Below, in pieces: positions 10,908-21,985 of a DNA stretch of 48,654 nt. Numbering within the stretch: position 1 is the first letter of the stretch; every line of letters starts with the position of its first letter. Source of the stretch: an uncultured Gemmatimonadaceae bacterium (GTDB taxonomy: Bacteria > Gemmatimonadota > Gemmatimonadetes > Gemmatimonadales > Gemmatimonadaceae); assembly GCA_963829055.1 (NCBI GenBank), contig CAWHHI010000014.1, positions 1 to 48,654 of the forward strand. Direction: 5' to 3'. The notes below the pieces were generated by a model that did no database searches, was not told the origin of the DNA, and saw nothing but the letters and a program-made list of their open reading frames with translations. The translations under genes were made by a program, and so were the position numbers.

Positions 10908-12308
10908 ATGCGTCGCCTCCCTTCGTACATCACGTGCATCTCACTGGCCGCTATCGCAGCGGCGGTCTTCCTCCGATACCCATCCGTGGTGCGTGCGCAG
11001 GCTCCCGCCTCGAACGCAGCAGGCACGACACAACGTCTGACTGACGTGACACGCCGCGCGGTCGTCGACACACTCGCCGCGCGGCTGCGGCGTCACTACG
11101 TGGATGCCGATACCGGAGCCATGATCGCCGACCGGATGCGCGCGCGGCTCAGCGCCGGCGCATACGACACGATCACGAGCCCGGCACGCTTCGCGGAAGC
11201 GCTCACCGTGGATCTTCGCAGCGTGAACGGCGATCGCCATCTGAACGTCTCGTACGCCCCAACAAGCCCAGGCGCGCGTCCGGGACCGGAAGGCCTTCAG
11301 ATGGGGATCGGCGGGCCGCCGCCGACGGTGCCGACCGGACCGCCGCGCACTGGCCCGGGCGCCGACGCCGCCCGGCGCACCAACTACAGCCTCGGCCGCC
11401 TCGATATTCTCCCCGGCAACGTCGGCTACTTCGACATCCGTGGCTTCGCCGGAGCACCGGAAGTCGTCGGCGCGATCAAGTCAGCGCTCGAGTATCTGCA
11501 GGGCACGGACGCGATCATCTTCGACCTCCGCCGCAACGGTGGTGGCAGTCCGTTCTCGGTGAACCTGATCATCAGCAGCTTCACCACCGGCGACACCGTG
11601 CCGTCGCTCACGGTGAAGAATCGTTCAGGCAATCAGACGTTCACGCGGTACACGTACGCCACCGTACCAACCCCGCGTCGTCCAACCGTGCCGCTGTATG
11701 TCCTCACGAGCGGCGCGACGGCGTCAGCTGGCGAGGACTTCACGTTCGTGCTCAAGAACATGCATCGCGCGACCATCGTCGGCGGAACGACGGCGGGCGC
11801 AGGGCACAACAACGCGAATCTCGACATCGGCGAAGGATTCAACGCGTCGATCTCGTTCACGCGCGTGATGGACCCGAAGACGGGCGCCGAGTGGGAGCGC
11901 GTTGGCGTGACTCCCGACGTGCCGGTGGAGCCCGCGCGCGCACTCGACGTCGCACACGCACTCGCGCTGAAGACGATCGCCGCGAACACTCAGGATCCGC
12001 GGCTACGTCGCATACTGGACCTGACGCGCGAGACCATCGAAGCGCAGGCGACGCCACGCGCGGTTCCGGCTGCGACGCTCGCGAAGTACGTCGGTGAGTA
12101 CGAGGGCGGCCGCACGGCAACCGTCGAGAATGGCCGCCTGATGTTCAGCAATCGAGCTGGCTTTCTGCCGGACGCATTCGCCGCGCTGAACGACTCGACG
12201 TTCGCGTTTGGAGCGATCCGGATTGGATTCGAGCATGACGGTGGCAAGATCCGGTTGCGGATCACACCGCCCGAGGGCGAGCCGCTGACCTACGCGCGCG
12301 TGAAGTAG
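10908..12308 (+). CDS. S41-family peptidase (IRBP-like), secreted
   Basis: Intact ORF; IIFDLRRNGGGSP, TASAGEDF, GGTTAGAG, WERVGVTPD. Confidence 0.9.
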   Translation: MRRLPSYITCISLAAIAAAVFLRYPSVVRAQAPASNAAGTTQRLTDVTRRAVVDTLAARLRRHYVDADTGAMIADRMRARLSAGAYDTITSPARFAEALTVDLRSVNGDRHLNVSYAPTSPGARPGPEGLQMGIGGPPPTVPTGPPRTGPGADAARRTNYSLGRLDILPGNVGYFDIRGFAGAPEVVGAIKSALEYLQGTDAIIFDLRRNGGGSPFSVNLIISSFTTGDTVPSLTVKNRSGNQTFTRYTYATVPTPRRPTVPLYVLTSGATASAGEDFTFVLKNMHRATIVGGTTAGAGHNNANLDIGEGFNASISFTRVMDPKTGAEWERVGVTPDVPVEPARALDVAHALALKTIAANTQDPRLRRILDLTRETIEAQATPRAVPAATLAKYVGEYEGGRTATVENGRLMFSNRAGFLPDAFAALNDSTFAFGAIRIGFEHDGGKIRLRITPPEGEPLTYARVK

Positions 12309-12318
12309 GAGCGCACTG

Positions 12319-12465
12319 GTCATTCCGAGCGGGTTGTCATTCCGAGCGAGCGAGAGCGCAGTCGAGGAATCCCTGGTGTTCCGAGTAGAGGGCCCTCTAC
12401 CGGCAGACGTCTCGATTCCTCGACTCGCTGCGCTCTCTCGGAATGACGCTCCGCTCGGAATGACA
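12319..12465. repeat. Family-A REP-like palindromic element (GTCATTCCGAGCG subtype)
   Basis: Doubled GTCATTCCGAGCG, CGAGGAATC...TAGAGGGCCCTCTA...GATTCCTCG, doubled CTCGGAATGAC; between convergent genes. Confidence 0.88.
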
Positions 12466-12467
12466 AT

Positions 12468-15100
12468 CTACCGATCCACGCGGATTGCAACCAGCGGCGA
12501 CACCCGCGCCGCGCGGAGCGCCGGAACGAGCGTCGCCGCGACCGCCACCACCAACAGCAACACCGCCACTGTGATGAACGAGAGCGGATCGGTGCTCGCC
12601 ACCCCGAACAGCAGCGATGCCATGCCGCGTGCCGCGAGCAGCGCGCCGACCGTGCCTAACGTGATACCCAGCATGGCGCGGGTCATCGCTCTGCGCATGA
12701 CCAGAGTGATGACGCCGCTCGTCGGTGCGCCGAGGGCGACGCGAATGCCGATCTCCTTTCGTCGCTGCGCCACGTCGCCGGCGAATACGCCGTAGATCCC
12801 GACGGCCGCCAACAGCAGCGACACCACCGCGAACGTGCCTAACAACACGGCGGTGAACCGGTCGCGCGCGAGCGTTCCCGACACCAGGCTCTCGAGCGTG
12901 CTGACCCAGTACGTCGGCACCGCCGGGTCCAGCGCCGTCACGACGCTGGCGCAGCGATCGCGTCAGCGTCTCCGGATCGACGTTGCCCCGGACGACGACA
13001 TCCCACGTGGTGCTCGGGAAGCGCGAGCCGGCGAGATACACCGTCGCCCGCGGTGGCGTGCGCGCGTCCATGAGATGAACGTCACCGACGACGCCGATCA
13101 CTTCGGCGGTGATGCCGCCGAACATCGGAATCCGCGCCCGCTTGCCTAACGCACTCCCGTTCGGCCAGAGCGTGCGTGCCATCGTCTGATTGATGACGAT
13201 GCGCGGTGGAGCGCCCGGCACGTCGCGCGTGTCGAACGTCGATCCGGCGAGCAACGGGATACGCAGTGTTCGGAACAACGTCGCGTCCGCGAACCGCATG
13301 TCGGCAACGAGCGAATCGCTGGCGACCGGCGCGCTCGCGTCACCGAGCGTGGTTGCCGGGCCCATGCCGCCGAACGGCCGCGTGCTCACGACACTCGCCG
13401 ACTGCACGCCCGGCAATGCGCGAACGCGTGTCAGGAGCTGATCGAAGAACTGAATCTGAGACTCGGGCGTCCGATAGCGCGGCCCAGAGACCCCGACCCG
13501 CGTTATGACGACGCGGTCCGCATCGAACCCGAGCTCCACCGTGCGCAATGCGGAGAACGTGCGCATCGTGAGCCCCGCGAGCACCGTCAGCACGAGACCC
13601 AGCGCGATCTCCAGGGTGACCAGTGAGCCGCCACGCAATCGCGCTGCCGCTCGCCCGCCACTCTCACGCAGCGTCTGCGCGGCGCCGCGACCTCCGCGCG
13701 CCGCCGCGATCGCCCCAACACCCAGCGAGGCGATCAACGAAACCGCCGCGCTGAACAGCAGCACCGTCCCATCGACCCGAATGGAGCTCGTGCGCGGCAT
13801 CTCCGGCGGGAGCAAGGACATGAGTCCTCGCACGCCGGCGATCGCGGCGACCATGCCAATTGCGCATCCAATCAGCGCCCACGACCGCACTCTGCGTGAC
13901 CAGCTGACGCAGCAACCGCGTCGACGTGGCACCGATCGCTCGACGCACCGCGAGCTCGTGCTCGCGACGACGGACCAGTCCGAGCGTCAGGTTCGCGACG
14001 TTCGTGATCGCCATGAGCAGCAGCAGACCGACGGCGCCCAACAGCACGAGCAAGCGGCAACCGTACGTCGCCCGTGATCTGCTCGGTAAGACCGATCAGC
14101 GACGAAGACCAGCCCTCGCTCTCTTTCACCTCGAGCCGCCCGTTGCGCGGCGATGCCCTCCAACTCGTGACGCGCCGCCTCGATCGAAACCGTGGGCTTC
14201 ACGCGCGCGATCACGAGCAGGAACCGGCCCCACGATCGGTTGTTGTCGGTTCCGCCGAACGGCCTCCAGAACGCCTGCTCGCCGAGCCACGCGAACTGCG
14301 GGGGATCGAAACGCGCGGGCATGACGCCGACGATCGTGTGCGGACGCCCATCGATCGACAGCGTGCGACCGAGCACGGTGCGATCGCGCGGCGAAGTGAC
14401 TGCGCCAGAATCCGTCGCTGAGCACGAGCACGTCCGCCCCGCCCGACCGTTCTTCTTCGGCCGAGAACTCGCGACCTAACGCGGGCGGTACGCCGAGCAG
14501 TCGGAAGTACCCCGGCGACACCTCGGCCCCCATCACGCGTTCGGGGGTCGGCGCTCCAGCGATCGTCGCGGGGAGCGGCACCAGCCCCGCCATGCCGTCG
14601 AACGATCGCGCGCGCTCACGCCACGCCTCGAACGTCGAGACCCCCACGACATTGTGGTCGCTCCCGCGCGCGACGTTGCGCTCCCACAGCACGACGAGGC
14701 GTCCCGGATCGGCATACGGCAGCGGACGGAGCAACACGCCGTGAACGACGCTGAACATCGCCGTCGACGCGCCGATCCCTAACGCGAACGTGAGCGCAGC
14801 CGCGATCGCGAATCCCGGGTTCCGCCGCATCACCCGGAGCGCGTACCGCACGTCCTGAACGAGCTCGTCGACGAGTTGGCTCCGATATTCGTCGCGCGCG
14901 TCATCCTTGAAGCGCTCGGCACCGCCGAAGGCGGCAAGCGCCAGACGGCGCGCTTCGTCTGCCTCGACACCCGCCCGAATGTTCTTCTCGGTCAGCATGT
15001 CGAGGTGAAAGCGCATCTCGCTGTCGAGCCGCTGCTCCATTCCACCACGCCGGAACAGCCCCGAAATTCTCAGCGCGAAATCGCGCACGCGACGACGCAT
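12468..15100 (-). CDS. MacB/FtsX-like duplicated orphan ABC permease (ADOP-type; frameshifted)
   Basis: QRLDSEMRFHLDM, QDVRYALRVMRRNPGF, ALGIGASTAMFSVV, RRKEIGIRVALGA, ARVSPLVAIR across fragments. Confidence 0.88.
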
Positions 15101-15102
15101 GA

Positions 15103-15444
15103 TCAACCCTCCCCCATCTGCAGCACGAGCTCGACGGCGCGAGAGAGCCGCACCCACGACGCGCGCTCCTCTGCGAGCCGCTTCCGTCCGGCGGTGGTGA
15201 GCTTGTAGAACCGCGCCTGACGATTGTTCTCGGTCGTGCCCCACTCGGATGCGATGAAGCCCTGACGCTCGAGCCGGTAGAGCGCGGGATAGAGCGACCC
15301 CTGCCCCACCTGGAGGACGCGCTCCGACCCGACGTCGAGCCGCTCGGTGATTCCCCATCCATGCATCGGTCCCAGCTGCAGGGATTTGAGCACGAGCATG
15401 TCGAGTGTGCCCTGAAGTACGTCGCCCCTGGCCTTGTCGCCCAC
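15103..15444 (-). CDS. PadR-family regulator (acidobacterial type)
   Basis: LQGTLDMLVLK, MHGWGI, GSLYPALYRLE, ENNRQARFY; GTG start with AAAGGAGA RBS; abuts the permease start. Confidence 0.92.
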   Translation of the reverse strand: MGDKARGDVLQGTLDMLVLKSLQLGPMHGWGITERLDVGSERVLQVGQGSLYPALYRLERQGFIASEWGTTENNRQARFYKLTTAGRKRLAEERASWVRLSRAVELVLQMGEG

Positions 15445-15450
15445 ACGCTC

Positions 15451-15471
15451 TCCTTTCGACGTTCGAAAGGA
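15451..15471. promoter_or_regulatory. Candidate PadR operator overlapping the padR RBS
   Basis: Perfect 9-bp inverted repeat TCCTTTCGA-CGT-TCGAAAGGA. Confidence 0.6.
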
Positions 15472-15562
15472 ACAATGAGACACGCGCGTGATATCGTCAA
15501 GAACGACTTTTGTCCGCAGATTGATCTGGCGCGACCGATGGGCCTCTGCCAATCCGTGGACT

Positions 15563-18368
15563 ATGCCTGCAGCAACGATCAGTCACCGCTGTTTCCTTCT
15601 GGGTGCCCTCCTCGCGACGTCCTCGCTGGGGATGTCCTCGCTCGCGACGCGCACCGAGGCACAGACACCGCGACGTGGCGTGCCGGACCCCGGCACCATC
15701 GCGACCGACCAGCGGGTCACACCGGCCGGAGTGCAGAGCGTCTTCGACGGGCGCGTGACCGGCGTGCGGTTCTCCTCCCCGTCCACGCTGTGGGTCGTAG
15801 TTCCGGGATCCGCGTTCCACCTCGCGTGGTCAGACAACCGCGTGATCGCGCATGGCCGATTCGACGGACGATCGGGCGCGCAGGGACTGGCCATCGATCC
15901 CGCGAACGGCCGAGCGCTCGTGACGTCGGTCGGCCGGCTCGGCGCTGGCGCACCGCAGTCTCGACTTCCAGGTTCACGTCCGCCCGCCCGCGCGAACGAG
16001 GTGGCTCAACTGCAGTTCTTCGCGGGAGACGCGACCGGCGACAGCGTCAGGGCCACCAACTCGTCAGGCGCGCTGGGTGATTTCATGGCCGGTGCACCTG
16101 CGGTGTCCGCACGTGCCGGGAGCAACGGGCGACGCGTCGCCGTTGTACCACTCGGCGCAAACGACGCGCTCGCGGTACTCGACGCCGAAACGGGCGCGCC
16201 GATCCGTCGCGTCCCCCTGGGTGTCGCACCATTTGCCGCCGTCCTCTCGAGCGACGGGAACATCGCGTACGTGTCGAATGTTGGCGGCTCGCAGCCCGCG
16301 CCGGGTGAGCGCGCCGCGAAACAGTGCTGTGATCCCAACGCGGAACGCGTGCGCACGGACGCGCGTGGAATTGCTGGCGCGGGAACGGTGTCGCGCGTCG
16401 ATGTCGTCGCCGGCCGCGTGACACATACCATCACGGTCGGACGCCACGCGACGGCACTCGCGTGGGACGAGACGCGCGCACGCCTGTACGTCGCAGGCGG
16501 CAACGCCGACGCCGTGACCGTCATCGACACACGATCGAACACCGTCGTCGCGACGCTCGCGATCGCGCCATTCCGTGAGCGGAAGACCGGGCTCGCGCCC
16601 ACGGCGCTCGCACTCGCGCCCGACGGTCGCACGCTCTACGTCGCACTCGGCGGCGCGAACGCGGTCGCCGTGTACGACGTGACGACGCCCGGCGCTGCAT
16701 CCGGCTGGCGCTTGTTAGGCATGATTCCCACGGCGTGGTACCCGTCGAGCCTCGACGTGTCCAGCGACGGCAAGGCGCTGGCGATCGGCGCGCTGCTCGG
16801 CGTCGGCTCCGGCGACGGTGAGTCCGATGGATCGCCCGGGCGTCGCGGGCGCTACGTGCACGCGGTGCGAGGATCCGTCAGCGTGGTTCCCGTGCCCACC
16901 GAACAGGCGCTCGCGGCCTACTCGACCGCGGTGGCCGAGAACAACCGCCTAACGCCCGTCGGCGCGTCGGGCGGGAACCAGGCGTCACTCGCGCCTCGCC
17001 GCTCGGCCGTCGCGCAGCCGGTGCCCGAACGCCCGGGTGAGCCGACACCCATTCAGCACGTCGTCTTCATCATCCGCGAGAATCGCACGTATGACCAGAT
17101 ACTCGGCGACCTGGGTCGCGGGAACGGCGACTCGAGTCTCACGATCTACGGGCGCGACGTCACGCCGAACACGCATGCGCTCGCGGAGCGCTACGTCACG
17201 CTCGACCATTTCTTCGCGTCAGGCGGCAATTCGGCGGACGGGCATCAATGGCTCACGCAGGCGAACGAGACCGAGTATCCGCTGTGGCCTCTGTATTACG
17301 GGCGCTCGCTATCCATCGGAGGGCGTCGATCCACTCGCCTACTCATCAGGCGGATTTCTATGGGAGAGCGCGCAGGCGAAAGGAAAACGCGTCGCGGTAT
17401 TCGGCGAGTACGCCCCGGCCGCGTCCGACTCGCTTTCGGCCGTGCGCCGCGAGCTGCTCGCACAGTGGCGCGAGCCGCGCGCCGACCGGCCTACGTTCTT
17501 CCGCGCCGAGCTGCAGAAGCGGTATCAGACGCGCTCAGAAATTCCGTCGCTCGACAAGGCACTGATCCGTGAGTACCCCGGGTGGACACAGGAAGTCCCC
17601 GATGTCGTGAAGGCCGAGGACATGCTCGCGCATCTGCGGGATTGGGACCGCGCCGGGGCGATGCCGGATCTCGTGATGTCGATTCTCCCGAGCAATCACA
17701 CCGTGGGGACGACCCCAGGGTGGTGTACGCCGCGGGCGTGCGTCGCCGACAACGACCTCGCGTTAGGTAAGATCGTCGAGGGTCTCACGCACTCGCGATT
17801 CTGGCCGACGATGGCCATCCTCGTGGTCGAGGACGACGCGCAGAACGGTGTCGATCACATCGACGGTCACCGGACAGTCGCGCTCGCGATCTCGCCTTAC
17901 GCGCGGCGTGGCGTCGTGGACAGCACGTTCTACAGCCAGCCGAGCATGGTGAAAACGATTGAGCTCATGCTCGGGCTTCCGGCGATGAGCATGTTCGACC
18001 TCGTCGCGACCGACATGCGAGCGAGCTTCATCGCAGCGGGCGCGCGTCCCGATCTCACGCCGTATGCGGCCCTCGAGCCCACGGTCTCACTCTACGAGAC
18101 GAACCAGCGCGTCGGCGATATCCGTGGCGCGCACTCGGCGGACCGTCGCCGCGCGGCGCTCGCGTCGTCGCGCATGCGTTTCGACGTCCCGGACGCTGCT
18201 CCGTCCGACGCGCTCAACCGCATCCTGTGGCACGAGGCGCGTGGGTGGGGCACGCCGTTTCCGGGCGTTAGGCAGTCCTTGTTCTTCCCGATGTCTCGCG
18301 ACCTCGCGGACGATGAGCGGGAGGAGAAACAGGAGAAAGAGGACCGCGACCGCAAGCGCCCGAAGTAG
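15563..18368 (+). CDS. Bifunctional YncE beta-propeller / phosphoesterase (alkaline phosphatase superfamily); one frameshift near 17300
   Basis: YVTN-like repeats followed by IIRENRTYDQILGDL, SADGHQW, VADNDLALG, VEDDAQNGVDHIDGHR. Confidence 0.88.
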
Positions 18369-18398
18369 AGGAGGTCGATCGGCGCACGCCGGTGACGG

Positions 18399-18737
18399 TC
18401 AGCCGACTGCCTGCAAGCAGACCGCGTCGTTCCAGGCCTGCACCGCGAGCGACTCGACGAGGTCGCACCGACCGGCGAGTAACGCGTTCGTGGGTGAGCA
18501 TCCGTCGAGCTCATCGCGCGGAGTCTCGAGCCACTCACCAATATCGCCGTCATCCGCGAACGCGTCTCGCAGCACCGAGAGCACGAATCGCATCGACGAC
18601 ACGCGGGACGCGACGCGAACGAACGTCGTGTCCACGAGGAGATCCGTCGGCAGCCCCAGCGCTCTCGCCACGGCCGCCGGCGATAGAGACGGTACGTCCA
18701 GGCCGCACAGCCATTGTTGCAATTCGTGTCGTTCCAT
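18399..18737 (-). CDS. Xre/MbcA/ParS-type antitoxin C-terminal-domain protein (DUF2384-like)
   Basis: 112 aa; AGGAGG RBS; motif AFADDGDIGEWLETPRDELDGCSPTNALLAG resembles the F-x6-W(L)-x2-P-x3-L-x-G-x2-P consensus. Confidence 0.65.
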   Translation of the reverse strand: MERHELQQWLCGLDVPSLSPAAVARALGLPTDLLVDTTFVRVASRVSSMRFVLSVLRDAFADDGDIGEWLETPRDELDGCSPTNALLAGRCDLVESLAVQAWNDAVCLQAVG

Positions 18738-18771
18738 GACGCCTCCTGTTCCTACGCGTTCCAATTCGTTC

Positions 18772-19191
18772 CTACCACTTCCGAGCAGCGAGCGACGCCC
18801 AGCCGCGATCGTAGACTTCGTGCGCGCTTGGCCCGGCCGCCGCAATCGCGACGGCATGGCGCGGGCATAACGTGTGGACACCGCGCTCCCACGTATCGCG
18901 GACCGCGGCCGGCGCGCCGCACACCTCGCAGAGCGTCGCTGACAGCTCCTCGAGCGCCCAGAGCAACTCCACGAACGGGCGAGGTCCGCGGACGTCGTAC
19001 CAGGAAAGCCGCCCCCACTTCGCTCGGCAGAGAAATGAGCCTGGCGGCTCCGAAGCCGCGGCCGCCGCGGCCGCGACGCGCACGATTCCCACCCAGCCAG
19101 GTACCGGAGCCAGCTCAGTCGCTCTTCCTACTCCCTCGATTGCGGGCGACGGCCGGCCAATCTCGGAATCGCTGGAACCGGGCGAGCCCAC
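18772..19191 (-). CDS. Small hypothetical protein with putative Zn site (CxxC...CxxH)
   Basis: 139 aa from GTG with AGGAGG RBS; GW...KWGRLSWY...EELSATLCEVCGAP...TLCPRH. Confidence 0.65.
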   Translation of the reverse strand: MGSPGSSDSEIGRPSPAIEGVGRATELAPVPGWVGIVRVAAAAAAASEPPGSFLCRAKWGRLSWYDVRGPRPFVELLWALEELSATLCEVCGAPAAVRDTWERGVHTLCPRHAVAIAAAGPSAHEVYDRGWASLAARKW

Positions 19192-19211
19192 ACAGCCTCC
19201 TGCGGCGTTTT

Positions 19212-19263
19212 GTTCGGCACTTGTTCGGGGTGACAAGGATAAAAGGAACAAATGTCCCCGCAA
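19212..19263 (-). promoter_or_regulatory. Candidate sigma70-type promoter with downstream direct-repeat operator
   Basis: Minus-strand TTGCGG-N16-TATCCT (19263-19236), then direct repeat TTGTTCGG x2 = GTTC-N7-GTTC (19212-19226, + strand). Confidence 0.4.
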
Positions 19264-19273
19264 GCGGCGAGAA

Positions 19274-19430
19274 GCTGGTAGCTGGGTGGTCGTGCTCGTG
19301 CTGGGTGACGCTGGTCGAAAAGGCGAGAACCCAACGGGGTCAGAGTCGATTCGACTCTGATCCCGGGGTTGTTCGGCTGGCCACTCGCGTCACCAGCGAC
19401 CAGCACGAGCCACCAGCTACAAGCGCAGTT
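19274..19430. repeat. Composite element: family-B inverted arms around a GGGGTCAGAGTCGA-T-TCGACTCTGATCCC hairpin
   Basis: Arms 19274-19308 and 19390-19430 match 1161-1203 and 43472-43514; inner 10-bp perfect stem 19340-19360. Confidence 0.78.
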
Positions 19431-19436
19431 CGTTCC

Positions 19437-21761
19437 CTATTCCCTATTCCCGCCATTGGCCGAGGCCACTTCTTTTTTCCAGACGAACCGATGCAGGAAA
19501 TCACCCATGTGATTGAACGTGCCCACCCAGTTGCGGTGCAGCATCGACTCGTGGAGGTCGTCCGGGATCACCTCGAGCTCGTAGTACACGCCGCGCGCGC
19601 GCAGCAGTTGCACGAGGCCCACCGTCTGCGCGAAGTCCACGTTCCGGTCGTCGTCGCCGTGCACCAGAAATACCGGGGACTTCCAGCCATCGATAGCCGA
19701 GATGGCGGACGACTTGTACGAGAGCGAGGCTGTGTCGAGCGAGCTGCCGTAGAGGTGAACGCCCGCGAGGTCCGCGCCGGCCACGAAGATGTCCGAGTTG
19801 CGCGCGAGTGCCTGCGACGTGAGCAGTCCGCCGTACGAAAGACCCCAGATGCCCACACGCGCCGGGTCCACGTCAGGGCGCGTCTGCAGGTATTTGCCCG
19901 CCGCGAGCACGTCCTGATACTCGGAGTTGCCGCGCGCATTCGTGTTCGCCGCCTGCCGGAACGAGCGGCCGTAGCCGATGCCGCTGCGGTAGTTCACCGA
20001 CAGCACGACGTAGCCCTGATTCGCCAGCCACTGGTTCACCGCGTAGGCCCAGTGATAGAACTGCATGTAGTGGTACCCGGGCATCATCTGCCGAGGCGGG
20101 CCGCCGTGCACGAAGATGAGCGCGGGCCGGCGCTCGCCCGCCTTGAGATCCTTCGGCAGGAAGAGCTGGTTGTGAATCTCCAGCCCATCCGGCGACTTCA
20201 CCACCACGATCTCCGGCTTCACGTGCTCGGCCTTCGGAAAATCCTTCGCGAGCGTCGGGAAGATCACGCGCGCCTTGCCGCCGTCCACCGGGACGAGACC
20301 GATCGATGCCGGCGTACTGGCGTCGAAGTACAACACCGCGACCTGCTTGCCTGACGCGAGCGGCTGCGGGTACACCTCGATCCCGTCGCCGGTGGAAATC
20401 CGTCGCGGCGGCGTTCCACCCGCGGTCGGGACAGCCCAGATGTGGCGCCGCTCGATGTCTTCCGCGTTCGTGGTGTAGTACAGCGTCTTACCGTCCGCCG
20501 ACACCGACGCCGATGTCGCATCCTCGATGAGCCCGTTCGTCGTGGTGAGCATCACCGGCTTCGCCGAGGTCGCGTTCACGTCGAGCGAGAAGTAGCGCTC
20601 GAACTCATCGTTGAGCGGTGAGACCGGCAGCAGGAGGTGGTCGCCGGCCCACAACATTCGCTGAATGAAGGCGAACGTCGAGTCGTTAGGTGCGTTGTGC
20701 CACAGCTCGCGCGCGTTACGTGTGCCGACGTCCGCGACCATCACGGAGATCGTGTGACCACCCGCGAACGTGGACCGACACAGGCCAGGGATGAGCGGGC
20801 GTGCTGGAGCGGAGTCGGGGCGTGCGCGGCCACCGCCGCCACCACCGCCCGGACCGAACGGGTTCCCGGTGCCTGCTGGACACACGCTTCGCTGCGCGGC
20901 GCCCGCTCCCGCGGGGCCCGGTGGATTGCCGATACCACCCTCGCCCGCCTGGGCTTGTTGCCCGAATGGCAATCCTGGCCGCCGCGTGAACGCGATACGC
21001 TTTCCGTCCGGCGACCACACCGGCGCGCCGTCGAAGTCCACGCCCGGCGCCAGATAGGTCATCGACCGCGTCTTCATGTCGTAGACGGCGATGAACGAGT
21101 GATTCACGCGATCGCTCACGAACGCGATCTTCGACCCGTCCGGCGACCAGCGCGGATTGCTCTGCCGTCCCCACGCCGTGATGAACGCCTTCTGTCCGCG
21201 ATCCATCGAGTCGGGGGCCGCACCTGGCGTCACGCGACCGCGGTAGATCTGATTGTCTTTCACGTACAGGACGAATCGCCCGTCGGGCGACAGCTCCGGC
21301 GCCCCGCCCTCGGCCACGCGCCACGGCGCGCCGCCACTCGTCCGAACGGCCCAGATGGCGCGCTCGGCGCCAGACGGGTCATGCGACGGATTCGCGATCC
21401 AGCCCTGTCTGTTCGGGGCGGATCCGCGCACGAACACGGCGATCGATCCGTCGTCCGACAGGCTGACGTCGGTCAGGTCTCGGCCATCGTCATCGAGGAA
21501 TTTCGTTAGGCGGACCGGGCGGAAGTCGGGCGCGGAGGCGGTGTACACGTTCCGCATCCCGCGGTCGTACGTCATCCATGCGACGCGATCCGCACGGCGC
21601 GCCGACGTCACCTCGAGCGGCGACGCGGGACTCAGGTATTGCTCGATCGTGGGCTTCGCCTGGGCGACCATGCTCTGCGCGGAGAGCGAGGGCGCGGCGA
21701 CGACCAACGCCGGGACGGCGAGGCGCACGAACCGACGGGCAACTGACGGAAAGCAGATCAT
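19437..21761 (-). CDS. S9 prolyl-oligopeptidase family peptidase with PD40/TolB-like propeller
   Basis: Intact ORF; WSPDG repeats, VHGGP, GIWGLSYGG, HGDDDRNV, DDLHE; ATG 21761 with GGAG RBS. Confidence 0.92.
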   Translation of the reverse strand: MICFPSVARRFVRLAVPALVVAAPSLSAQSMVAQAKPTIEQYLSPASPLEVTSARRADRVAWMTYDRGMRNVYTASAPDFRPVRLTKFLDDDGRDLTDVSLSDDGSIAVFVRGSAPNRQGWIANPSHDPSGAERAIWAVRTSGGAPWRVAEGGAPELSPDGRFVLYVKDNQIYRGRVTPGAAPDSMDRGQKAFITAWGRQSNPRWSPDGSKIAFVSDRVNHSFIAVYDMKTRSMTYLAPGVDFDGAPVWSPDGKRIAFTRRPGLPFGQQAQAGEGGIGNPPGPAGAGAAQRSVCPAGTGNPFGPGGGGGGGRARPDSAPARPLIPGLCRSTFAGGHTISVMVADVGTRNARELWHNAPNDSTFAFIQRMLWAGDHLLLPVSPLNDEFERYFSLDVNATSAKPVMLTTTNGLIEDATSASVSADGKTLYYTTNAEDIERRHIWAVPTAGGTPPRRISTGDGIEVYPQPLASGKQVAVLYFDASTPASIGLVPVDGGKARVIFPTLAKDFPKAEHVKPEIVVVKSPDGLEIHNQLFLPKDLKAGERRPALIFVHGGPPRQMMPGYHYMQFYHWAYAVNQWLANQGYVVLSVNYRSGIGYGRSFRQAANTNARGNSEYQDVLAAGKYLQTRPDVDPARVGIWGLSYGGLLTSQALARNSDIFVAGADLAGVHLYGSSLDTASLSYKSSAISAIDGWKSPVFLVHGDDDRNVDFAQTVGLVQLLRARGVYYELEVIPDDLHESMLHRNWVGTFNHMGDFLHRFVWKKEVASANGGNRE

Positions 21762-21985
21762 TTGGGAGACTCCGACATGGGCATTACGGCACCGGCGGCG
21801 ACACGGCAGGCGGGAGAGCGTAACATGCGCGGGCGCAAGCGGCAATCGACAGGCATTGACCGTCAACTGGACCGTGTTAACGGCGACAATTCCGATACGT
21901 CTCACCTCATGAGATCGATGGCTTTCTTCCAAGCACCTTGAACATGGGTTCGCTCACGAGCCCTCTGTGGAGGTTCAGCAGGACA

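Noticed and set aside
18399..19430. Prophage or integrative element around the Zn-finger/antitoxin pair
   Set aside because: No integrase, att-like direct repeats, tRNA target or other phage genes
18714..20354. Long 546-aa plus-strand ORF and similar antisense ORFs (e.g. 5592-7154, 30123-31409)
   Set aside because: Shadow ORFs of high-GC coding strands; Arg/Ala-rich with no domain motifs
21856..21866. TTGAC-C-GTCAA palindrome between the S9 and spy-like genes
   Set aside because: Only 5-bp arms; compatible with chance or a plain -35 element
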